Source: Gemmatimonadota bacterium
GTDB lineage: Bacteria; Gemmatimonadota; Gemmatimonadetes; Palauibacterales; Palauibacteraceae
NCBI GenBank assembly: GCA_965116475.1
Contig: OZ220691.1
Span: 2,912,001-2,976,000, forward strand
DNA length: 64,000 nt
Direction of reading: 5' to 3'
This document shows, in pieces, positions 1 through 7,691 of this stretch (positions are counted from its first letter, which is position 1; every line of letters begins with the position of its first letter). The notes beneath the pieces were generated by a model that had not been told where the DNA came from, ran no database searches, and saw only the letters and a list, made by a program, of their open reading frames with translations. Position numbers and translations under genes: made by a program.

Positions 1-498
1 ATCATAGGTTCTCTCATGTCCAAGTTCATTTTCCCAATGCCCCGGAAACCGCCTTACCGCATCACGGTTATCAACAACGTCATGCAGGCAATAGGGCAAC
101 GCGGCGGTAGGATGTTCTTGCAAGAACTCCCCTGTTATCCGTAACTCATCAATCGTACGGGACCGGGCATACGCCTCGTCCGCTAGACCCTCACGCAAGA
201 GAATGATCGTGCCCCAAGTAGTTCTCAGCGCCCGCGCATGGATGCCTAGTATGGCATGCAAAAGCGCGTTTTCCTCGTTTAGTTCTTCGGTGAGATGATG
301 AGGCGCGGTTCCGTGCAGGTGCTCGGACCAGAGGTATATGTCATACATCTGACTCAAAGGATAACGTCTTCGCAACCGCCATTTGAGCAGAAGCCTCGCA
401 AATGCAACCGGCACGTTAGTGAGCCTGATACCACGCCGTAATTTCCTCAACTCTTTAGTAATATCTACATCGAAAACATCGTTGGCTTCTTCCGCCAT
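1..498 (-). CDS. DUF5677-like (HEPN-related) protein, partial (runs off the window's left edge)
   Basis: Not in ORF track. Manual translation from ATG 498 is open to base 1: MAEEANDVFD...HAILGIHARALRTTWGTIILLREGLADEAYARSRTIDELRITGEFL, resembling the DUF5677 pattern HARA..EI..LL..G.AD.A.AR.RT..E. Lower GC than flanks. Confidence 0.6.
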   Translation of the reverse strand, partial: MAEEANDVFDVDITKELRKLRRGIRLTNVPVAFARLLLKWRLRRRYPLSQMYDIYLWSEHLHGTAPHHLTEELNEENALLHAILGIHARALRTTWGTIILLREGLADEAYARSRTIDELRITGEFLQEHPTAALPYCLHDVVDNRDAVRRFPGHWENELGHERTYD

Positions 499-786
499 CC
501 TATTCTTCAGCCCTCGCTCCCCTCGTTGTTATTCCTCACCGGCCTAAACAACGCCTTCGCCAGTGTTGTCCTGGCTCGCAAGAACTTGCAGTCCACTGAG
601 ACCTGCCGTGGACTCACGCTCGTTATTCCGACAGATCTGTAGAAGATCTTCGGAGTCGACGAAACTCGCGAAGATGTTCTGTGGCCTGCTCGTATTCCCT
701 AACCTCATCGGCCGAGACTTCCCGCACACCGGTGACCGTACGGCCTTTGCACGCCCACAACCTGAGGTGCGTGCCTTCGGACACCG

Positions 787-1989
787 TCACGTGACGGCGG
801 CGATGAGCTCGGCGACGGAACCGAGCAACGGCCGGATATCTCTCTCGGCATACGTGGACTCAAGCAACCGGCGAGGCATGAAGAGCCGGAGGCGGTCCTC
901 GTAGCGGCGCACAAGCGCATCTGTCAAGCGATCATCCAGACAAAGCGCGAACTTGAAGCGGATCCGGGCCGCTTCGTCAAGCCACTGAGAGTGGCGCTCG
1001 CGAACCTTGGACTTGCAGCCAACCATGCGGAGCCGATGGTCGGGGAACGTCGGGTCGTGGTAGCTTTCGCAACTCGGAAAAACGAAATCAGGGGTCTTGC
1101 CGCCCTCGGTTCGGCACTGGTAGGCGTGGGGGATTTGCAGCGCCTCGAGAAGGTAGCGGAAGTGGTTTTCGAGGCTCTGCCCGCGGCGGGCTCTGCGGCT
1201 CTGCAAGAAGCTCATGAAGAAGCTCAAGAGGACGTTGAAGTCGCGTCGGTCTTCCTCCGGGAACGCCGCCAGCCTGCTGTTTCCAAGTTCCAGTTCGATA
1301 GCCTTGAAGAGAGCTGTCTCCGCTGCGAGGGAAGAATCGATGAAGTCGTCGGGGTCTGCGGGGGTCACGCCCGTGGCGGAGACGATGGCCTGCGCGGCGG
1401 CGGCCATCTCGGCCGTGGTCGGCATTGCACCCCGAGCAACGGAGTGCAGCAGAAGTGGATGTCGTGCGAAGTCGTACTCCCGCACGTCGACCTGTGGTTC
1501 CGGTCGCCGAAGGACCTGGAGGAGGACGCCGATCGTCTGGGGGTTGAGACTCTGCGAATCAACGAAGAGCGTGCCTACGAGTTCGTCCGGCTCGCGTTCC
1601 GCAAGATCAAGACTCAGGGCTCGTTCGATCGCAGATCCGCGCCGGGCGATCACCGCGACCAGATCATTGCTCGAAGGGTCGGGCCGAAAGAGGAGCATCA
1701 GGTCGTCAGCGCGGGCGTGTTCGGAGACCCCGAGGTTCGTGTAATACATCCGCCACTCGGCGGCTCGGGGTTTGTTCAGGCGGGAATCGTAGAGCGTGTA
1801 GCGCTCCGTTTCGGTCACGGGAGTTTCGTCGTCTCCGAGATAGAAGAGAAAATCGATCCGGCCTTTGCAGGGGTTGCCCGTGAGTTCGAGTTCCTGCCTG
1901 AGCCTGCCTGCGTTGAATTCGTGCTGGTTGGACAGGGACGGATCGATTTCCACGGCGGCGAGCCGTTTCATGCAAATGCGGACGTTCAA
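787..1989 (-). CDS. Type II restriction endonuclease, EcoRII C-terminal-like domain
   Basis: RRARRGQSLENH, E..KTPDFVFP, KSKVRERHSQWLDEAARI motifs of the EcoRII-C family; N-terminal KRL.AVE...SNQHEFN; coupled to vsr and dcm. Confidence 0.85.
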   Translation of the reverse strand: MNVRICMKRLAAVEIDPSLSNQHEFNAGRLRQELELTGNPCKGRIDFLFYLGDDETPVTETERYTLYDSRLNKPRAAEWRMYYTNLGVSEHARADDLMLLFRPDPSSNDLVAVIARRGSAIERALSLDLAEREPDELVGTLFVDSQSLNPQTIGVLLQVLRRPEPQVDVREYDFARHPLLLHSVARGAMPTTAEMAAAAQAIVSATGVTPADPDDFIDSSLAAETALFKAIELELGNSRLAAFPEEDRRDFNVLLSFFMSFLQSRRARRGQSLENHFRYLLEALQIPHAYQCRTEGGKTPDFVFPSCESYHDPTFPDHRLRMVGCKSKVRERHSQWLDEAARIRFKFALCLDDRLTDALVRRYEDRLRLFMPRRLLESTYAERDIRPLLGSVAELIAAVT

Positions 1990-2426
1990 GTTGGCAGCCC
2001 GTCCACCCGGTGATCGAGGCGGGCGCGAATCAGCCCAGGGAGGGATTCAAGAGTTTCGTCCTCGGCCAGTTCGCACTCCCATACCTCGATCGTCTTCCAC
2101 CCAAGCTCGCGGAGCTTCTTCAGGTTTCGCAGATCCCTCTCCCGATTCCCCTCCAGCTTCGCCTGCCAGAACGCGCGGTTCGACTTCGGCATGTACGCGA
2201 ACGGGCAGTTCTCGTGCCGGTGCCAGAAGCAGCCTCGTACCTCCACGACGGTCCGATATCGCGGCAGAACGATGTCCGGTCGCCCCGGCAGGTCCTTGTG
2301 GTGGAGCCGGAAGCGGAAGCCGGAACGATGGAGGAAGCGCCGAACGAGGATTTCCGGCTTTGTGTCCTTGCCCCGAATCCCCGACATCATCGCGCTTCGG
2401 GTCCGGGCGTCAACGATATCGGTCAC
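1986..2426 (-). CDS. vsr: Very short patch repair endonuclease
   Basis: DIVDARTRSAMMSGIRGKDTKPE, DLPGRPDIVLPRYR, GCFWHRH, W..K...N..RD, VWECE; GTG start 1 nt after dcm stop. Confidence 0.95.
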   Translation of the reverse strand: MTDIVDARTRSAMMSGIRGKDTKPEILVRRFLHRSGFRFRLHHKDLPGRPDIVLPRYRTVVEVRGCFWHRHENCPFAYMPKSNRAFWQAKLEGNRERDLRNLKKLRELGWKTIEVWECELAEDETLESLPGLIRARLDHRVDGLPT

Positions 2427-2427
2427 T

Positions 2428-3705
2428 TCAGGCTGTCCGCAGTCTTGGCAGGAGTTCCAGTTGATCGGTGTCGCTGGCCAGTGAAACGACATGGGGTGCC
2501 ATGGCGCCGGCGATGGCCGAGACGACCGGCACAGCTACGGCATTGCCAAACTGTTTGTAGGCCTGCGTGTCCGACACCGCGATCTCGAAGTCGTTCTGTC
2601 CGGGGCCATCGAAGCCCATCAGGCGAGCGCACTCCCGAGGAGTCAGCCGTCGAGGGTTGGCCCGATCCTGGCGAATGAGAATCTCCGAGCCGTCCTTGTA
2701 GTACCGGGCGGAGAGAGTGCGCGCCGTATCTGCCGGGCCGACGAGTCCGAATCCGAATCCGTTGCCGCGGAGCCTGTGCTTGCGTGCGTATTCCTGGAGG
2801 TAGGCCCAAAGGTGATCGCTAAGCGTGTACTTGTCGGACACGGCGGCGAGGTCGCCTTCGGTATAGGGCGGCTCCATCTCCTCCGAACCGTCCTCCGGGT
2901 GCAGCACGCTCTCAAGCTTCGGTCCCGCTGTCGGATCGGGGAGTTCGAGATCCTCCAGAGAAAAGCCCGTCTCCTCCTTGAATCCGGCGATAAAGACCCT
3001 CTCCCGGTGCTGTGGCAGGAACGACTTCGCGTCAATCACACGAGTCGTCACGGCGTACCCCAGCTCGTCTTCCAGCGTTCTCAGAATCACATCCATCGTC
3101 CGTCCCCGGTCGTGGCTCCGGAGATGCTTCACGTTCTCAAGGAGAAAGGCCGCCGGTCGGTGATCCCGAAGAATCCGGGCGATGTCGAAGAACAGCGTTC
3201 CCTGCGTCTCGTCCGCGAACCCATGAGGTCGACCAAGCGAGTTCTTTTTGGACACTCCGGCAACGGAGAACGGCTGGCAGGGAAATCCCGCCAGCAGGAG
3301 GTCGTGCGACGGGATGTCGGACGTGTCTACATCGCGAATGTCCCCGGCAATCTCATGGCTAGTGGGGAAGTTGGCCGTGTACGTTTGCCGACAGAATCGA
3401 TCCCACTCACAGGTGTAGACGCACCGTCCCCCGTGCCGCTCAAACCCGATCCGCATGCCGCCGATTCCTGCAAACAGGTCGATGAACGTGAAGGCGGGCG
3501 ACTTCGGCTGGCCGGTATCGCCGGAGCCTGGCCCACGAATCACTTGTCGGAGGAAGAGCACGGTGGCAGGCTTCGGGGCCGTGTCCCCGTTCTCCCAGCG
3601 CTGGACGGTCCGCAGGCTATAGCCGAGCCAGGTTGCGAGATTGCTTTGGGAGAGCCCCAATCTCTCCCTGAGATCACGCAGTTCTGACGGGCTGAGGACG
3701 GACAC
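2428..3705 (-). CDS. dcm: C5 DNA cytosine methyltransferase (Dcm/EcoRII-like) with N-terminal XRE HTH
   Basis: FIDLFAGIGG, GFPCQPFSVAGVSKKNSLGRPHGF, ENVK, RTLSARYYKDGSEILI, YKQFGNAV; N-terminal LRERLGLSQ..LA..LG.S.RTVQRWENG HTH. Confidence 0.95.
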   Translation of the reverse strand: MSVLSPSELRDLRERLGLSQSNLATWLGYSLRTVQRWENGDTAPKPATVLFLRQVIRGPGSGDTGQPKSPAFTFIDLFAGIGGMRIGFERHGGRCVYTCEWDRFCRQTYTANFPTSHEIAGDIRDVDTSDIPSHDLLLAGFPCQPFSVAGVSKKNSLGRPHGFADETQGTLFFDIARILRDHRPAAFLLENVKHLRSHDRGRTMDVILRTLEDELGYAVTTRVIDAKSFLPQHRERVFIAGFKEETGFSLEDLELPDPTAGPKLESVLHPEDGSEEMEPPYTEGDLAAVSDKYTLSDHLWAYLQEYARKHRLRGNGFGFGLVGPADTARTLSARYYKDGSEILIRQDRANPRRLTPRECARLMGFDGPGQNDFEIAVSDTQAYKQFGNAVAVPVVSAIAGAMAPHVVSLASDTDQLELLPRLRTA

Positions 3706-3741
3706 GGCTTACCTCCGCTGAGATGAAACGGGAACGATGAC

Positions 3742-3773
3742 GACAGAATGTCACATTTCCGTCCCCCCGGCAA
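3742..3773 (-). promoter_or_regulatory. Putative dcm promoter (TTGCCG-N17-CATTCT, TG-extended) with overlapping GACA-N3-TGTC palindrome
   Basis: Minus strand: -35 at 3773-3768, -10 at 3750-3745; palindrome GACAgaaTGTC at 3742-3752 overlaps the -10. Confidence 0.5.
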
Positions 3774-3825
3774 GTTCGACGGATTCGAGAGACGACGCCA
3801 TCAACCGCCCCATTAAGCGTGCTCG

Positions 3826-3868
3826 CATCATTGAAATCTGAACGGTTGCCGATCAGATTTCGATGATG
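3826..3868. repeat. 16-bp inverted repeat (1 mismatch) with 11-nt spacer at the island boundary
   Basis: CATCATTGAAATCTGA (3826-3841) / TCAGATTTCGATGATG (3853-3868). Confidence 0.85.
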
Positions 3869-3967
3869 ACGCCGGCTCGAAACGCTACCGGCTCGCCGAT
3901 CGCAGCTGGGGCACTTCCTGCCGCCGAACTCGCAGACATGCCGCCCCCCTCCGCACAGGAATACTCG

Positions 3968-4879
3968 ATGCTGCAACGGTTTGACGAGCGGAACCGGGAT
4001 CTCATCGTCAACGTGAACGGCGCGCTCGTTCACCGCGACGAGGCCGGCGTCAGCCCGTTCGACTCGGTGGTGCAGGGGGGAGATGCCGTCTGGGAGGGGC
4101 TGCGCCTGTACGACGGACGCATCTTCAAGCTGCACGAACACCTCGCCCGACTCCGGTCCTCGGCCCTGGCGCTCGCCTTCGCGGAGATCCCTTCGGACGA
4201 GGAGATCATCGAGGAGATCCGCCGGACGCTCGCCGCCAACGGCATGCGCGACGGCGTGCACATCCGGCTCACGCTGACGCGGGGCGTGAAGGTCACGAGC
4301 GGCATGGATCCGCGTCTCAACCGGTCGGGTCCCACGCTCATCGTGCTCGCCGAGCACAAGGCGCCGGTGTACGAGCGGTCGGGCCTCAAGCTGATCACGA
4401 GTTCGCTGCGCCGCTTCGGGCCGGACACGCTGGACCCGAAGATCCACCACGCGAACCTCCTGCAGTCGATCCTGGCCAAGATCGAGGCGAACGCGGCCGG
4501 GGCCGACGACGCGCTGATGCTCGACGGCAACGGTTTCATCGCCGAGACGAACGCGACCCACGTCTTCTTCGTGCACGACGGCGTCGCGCTGACGAGCCGG
4601 ACGGTCGCCTGTCCCGAGGGGATTACCCGCGCCACGGTGCTCGAACTCTGCGCGGAGCACGATATCCCGAGCCGGGTGAAGGATCTCTCCCTCACCGAGG
4701 CCTATCGGGTGGACGAGGCGTTCTGCACCGGCACGATGGGAGAACTGGCGAGCGTCACCGAGATCGACGGGCGGGCTATCGGGGACGGGTCGCCGGGACC
4801 GCTCACGAAGCGGCTCAGCGGCCTCTACCGGGATCTGACCGCGCGAGAAGGGGTCGTCGTGGCGGGGCGCGAGACGTAG
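3968..4879 (+). CDS. Aminotransferase class IV (PLP fold IV)
   Basis: GDAVWEGLR, HL.RL..SA, PKIHHANL, ETNATHVF, EGITR, EAFCTGTMGEL; AGGA RBS before ATG 3968 (ORF track start 3863 is likely too long). Confidence 0.9.
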   Translation: MLQRFDERNRDLIVNVNGALVHRDEAGVSPFDSVVQGGDAVWEGLRLYDGRIFKLHEHLARLRSSALALAFAEIPSDEEIIEEIRRTLAANGMRDGVHIRLTLTRGVKVTSGMDPRLNRSGPTLIVLAEHKAPVYERSGLKLITSSLRRFGPDTLDPKIHHANLLQSILAKIEANAAGADDALMLDGNGFIAETNATHVFFVHDGVALTSRTVACPEGITRATVLELCAEHDIPSRVKDLSLTEAYRVDEAFCTGTMGELASVTEIDGRAIGDGSPGPLTKRLSGLYRDLTAREGVVVAGRET

Positions 4880-4995
4880 ATCCGGTTCGGTCCCGGCCCG
4901 CTGCCGCGACACTGATCGTTTACTCGGTGCGGGGGAGCGTATTGTCTCGCCATCGGTGTAACGCGCGCTTATCATCCGGCTGAAAGGAGGGGTGC

Positions 4996-5898
4996 ATGAC
5001 GACAGCCGAATGGCGGGTCCCGGAGCCGCTCGACACCGTCGAAATCGAAGCCACCGGCGGCGCCCGCATAATTCTCAGGCGTCACGGGGACGTGAACGGC
5101 CCGCGGCTCGTTCTCAGCCACGACAACGGGCTCGCCATCGACCTCTACTACCCCTTCTGGTCGCGCCTCGTGTCCCGCTTCGAGCTGATCGTCTACGACC
5201 TCCGCAGCCACGGCCGGAACCCGGTCGCCGACCTCGCCCACCACAACGTCGCGACCTTCACGGCCGACGATGAGCGCATCCGGGCCGGCATCGAGCAGCA
5301 CTTCGGCGCGAAGCCCGCGGTCGGCGTGTTTCATTCGCTGTCGGCGATGGTGGCGCTCAACCAGGATCCGCCGGGGCGCGGGTACGCGGGGCTCGTCCTC
5401 TTCGATCCGCCCATGTACTTGGCCGACGGCGACCATTACGGCATCGACACGCTCTGGCGGCGGCTGGGCATGCTCGCCCGGCATCGCCAGCCCCGGTTCG
5501 CCACGAGGGAGGAGTTCGCCGAGGAGTTCCGGCGTTCGTGGGTGTTCGAGTTCACGCGGCCGGGGGTGGAACACCTCGCGGCCGAGGCGCTGCTCCTGCC
5601 CGCGTCGGACGGGGACGGGTACGAACTCCGCTGTCCGCGCGAGTTCGAGGCGCAGGTGTTCGACTACGGCTTCGCGTTCGCCTTCGAGCCGGACACGGCG
5701 GACTTCGCCTGTCCCGTCAAGGTGATCGGCGGCGATCCGGGCGTCGAGTTCTCCTCGCTGCCCAGCGTCGACCTGGAGGGGCTGATCGGGTGGGACTACG
5801 ACTTCATCCCGCACACGACGCACTTCCTGCAGTTGGAGAACCCCGAGGAGTGCGTCTCGACGATGATCGCGTTCCTCGAACGCGAGGACCTCGCGTAG
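4996..5898 (+). CDS. Alpha/beta hydrolase
   Basis: HDNG, YDLRSHG, FHSLSA nucleophile elbow, LVLFDPP, THFLQLENP; AGGAGG RBS. Confidence 0.8.
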   Translation: MTTAEWRVPEPLDTVEIEATGGARIILRRHGDVNGPRLVLSHDNGLAIDLYYPFWSRLVSRFELIVYDLRSHGRNPVADLAHHNVATFTADDERIRAGIEQHFGAKPAVGVFHSLSAMVALNQDPPGRGYAGLVLFDPPMYLADGDHYGIDTLWRRLGMLARHRQPRFATREEFAEEFRRSWVFEFTRPGVEHLAAEALLLPASDGDGYELRCPREFEAQVFDYGFAFAFEPDTADFACPVKVIGGDPGVEFSSLPSVDLEGLIGWDYDFIPHTTHFLQLENPEECVSTMIAFLEREDLA

Positions 5899-5983
5899 AC
5901 CACCCGCCTGGCGGGGCTTGGGCTTCCCCCGCGACTACCCGCCCCCCTGGTCGACCACGCCGCAGCCGAATGGGAGGTGCGCG

Positions 5984-6628
5984 ATGATCGAAGACATCAG
6001 GGCTGCCGCAAGCGGCTTCGTCCTGCGCTGGACCGTTCTCTGCGGGCTCGGCTTGGCGGGAGGGCTGGCCGTCGGCCTGGGTCTGGCAGCACCGGTCGAG
6101 GCGGTCGTAGGCATGATGTTGGTGACGCCCGTCACCCTGGCGTTGGCCGGTTCGATGTTCGGCGGCGCCCAGTGGCTGGCCCTGGGAAGGAGTCCGCGGT
6201 TCGGCGCGTCATGGGTCGGGACCTCGGGTCTCGGCCTCGGTGTCGGCATGACCGTCGGCATCGTGCTGGTCGAGAGGCTCGGCCCGGCATTGACCGGCGA
6301 GCCGGTGCGCCTGGCGGCGCTCGACATGCTCGGCCGAATCGGCGGCTTGGCGTTCGTCGGCGTGTTTGCCGGCCTGGGGCTGGGCGCGGCGCAGTGGCTG
6401 GCGCTCCGCGCCGCGGCTCCCGTGGCCCGGCGGTGGGTCGTCTGGTGCGTCGTCGGATTCGCCGCCGGACTGCCCGCCGGCAGCCTGGCCGCGGAGTTCG
6501 TGGGGGGACTCCAGAGCCCGGTCGGGTTCGCCACCTTCCTGGGAGTCGCCGGATTGACACTGGGAGTGTTTACGGCCAGGAGCGGGGCGGCGATTGCCGC
6601 CGGACTCGCCCCTCGACCCGCGGACTGA
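5984..6628 (+). CDS. Hypothetical multi-pass membrane protein
   Basis: Gly/hydrophobic-rich with two G.AQWLAL repeats; GGAGG RBS before ATG 5984. Confidence 0.7.
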   Translation: MIEDIRAAASGFVLRWTVLCGLGLAGGLAVGLGLAAPVEAVVGMMLVTPVTLALAGSMFGGAQWLALGRSPRFGASWVGTSGLGLGVGMTVGIVLVERLGPALTGEPVRLAALDMLGRIGGLAFVGVFAGLGLGAAQWLALRAAAPVARRWVVWCVVGFAAGLPAGSLAAEFVGGLQSPVGFATFLGVAGLTLGVFTARSGAAIAAGLAPRPAD

Positions 6629-6672
6629 GCCGGGCGGCGCGCCTCCCGCCACGGGCGCGGCCTCGTCCGTGT

Positions 6673-7218
6673 TCAGCCTGCCAGCGTCCGGCCGAGCCGG
6701 TCGAGCGCCTCGCGGGCGTCATGTAGCGCGCGCTCGACGAGATTCTGCGGGTCGGCGGCGTACACCGCACCCTCCCTTTCCCGCACCATCGGCGGCTCCG
6801 CGCCGGGGCCGATGATCGTGAAGGGTACATGCCGATGTCCGCGCTTCATGCGGTAGATCGGGAAGTGTCGGCGGTCAAGGGTGAAGACTCGGTCCGTCCC
6901 GGAGCGCTCGCCAACGGTGACAAGCGAGGCGTCCGCAAAATCCATTGGAGCGTCCGCGTATCGAAACATGAGATCGAAGCACCTTCGCACATCTCCATCA
7001 TCGAGTGGAGAGAGGCTCAGGTCTCCGTTGATCACGACATCCATGAGACCTGAAGGGGTTCCGCGGGGACGCCTCAGGAGGTGAAGCGCCTCGGTGAGAA
7101 CCGGCAGTGTCGTGGTCAGCCTGTCGCCCGGCGCTGTCAGGATCCGGGTACAGGCCGCGTGGTCGGGGTCGGACGGATCGAACGCGGCCACGAGGGGCCC
7201 CGTGTCGACCAGGATCAC
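6673..7218 (-). CDS. vapC: PIN-domain toxin (VapC) with C-terminal extension
   Basis: ILVDTGPLVA, VLTEALHLL, MDFADASLV, FTLDRRHF; GTGA overlap with antitoxin. Confidence 0.9.
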   Translation of the reverse strand: MILVDTGPLVAAFDPSDPDHAACTRILTAPGDRLTTTLPVLTEALHLLRRPRGTPSGLMDVVINGDLSLSPLDDGDVRRCFDLMFRYADAPMDFADASLVTVGERSGTDRVFTLDRRHFPIYRMKRGHRHVPFTIIGPGAEPPMVREREGAVYAADPQNLVERALHDAREALDRLGRTLAG

Positions 7219-7493
7219 CGGGCGTGCCTCTCGCGGATCACTTCCGCGATGGCTTCCTTCGCCCGGCGGGCGGGCGCGACGGCGCGTTCGTCTTCATGCG
7301 GCAGCCCGTGGCGCCGGAACGTCTCGGCGAATCCCTTCTTCTTCCGACCGCCGAGCCAGATGCCGTTCACGTACATGTCGTAGGACCGGAGACCCCGCTT
7401 CAACACCTCCGAGATCGATTGGCCGGTCTTCTCCCGGAGATCCTCGAGGATCGCCTCTTCTTCTTCATTGAGTCGTACCGTCCGCAGGCCCAT
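7215..7493 (-). CDS. Ribbon-helix-helix/CopG-like antitoxin
   Basis: MGLRTVRLNEEEEAILEDLREKTGQSISEVLKRGL; directly upstream of PIN gene. Confidence 0.75.
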   Translation of the reverse strand: MGLRTVRLNEEEEAILEDLREKTGQSISEVLKRGLRSYDMYVNGIWLGGRKKKGFAETFRRHGLPHEDERAVAPARRAKEAIAEVIRERHAR

Positions 7494-7527
7494 CGACCCT
7501 CCCCCGGTTCTCATGGATTCGTGACTG

Positions 7528-7551
7528 GTTGTAGTACAGGAGTAATACAAC
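7528..7551. promoter_or_regulatory. Palindromic operator upstream of the TA operon
   Basis: GTTGTAGTAC-agga-GTAATACAAC, 10-bp arms with 1 mismatch, AT-rich in a GC-rich background. Confidence 0.65.
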
Positions 7552-7691
7552 GCGTCGGCGACCACAAACGTGACGAGGCCGGCCGATGGGCAACGATCGT
7601 CCGGCGGGCCTTGTTTCTAAGAGGGATACCTGACTGGTAGGTTGGAGTCGGCGACAGAGACCGCGTTCGGAAGGGAAGGGTCAGCGACCGC

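Noticed and set aside
500..790. Integron attC site between island genes
   Set aside because: Only partial RYYYAAC-like words (gcctaaac, ccctaac); no convincing paired R'/R'' boxes or hairpin, and no integrase seen.
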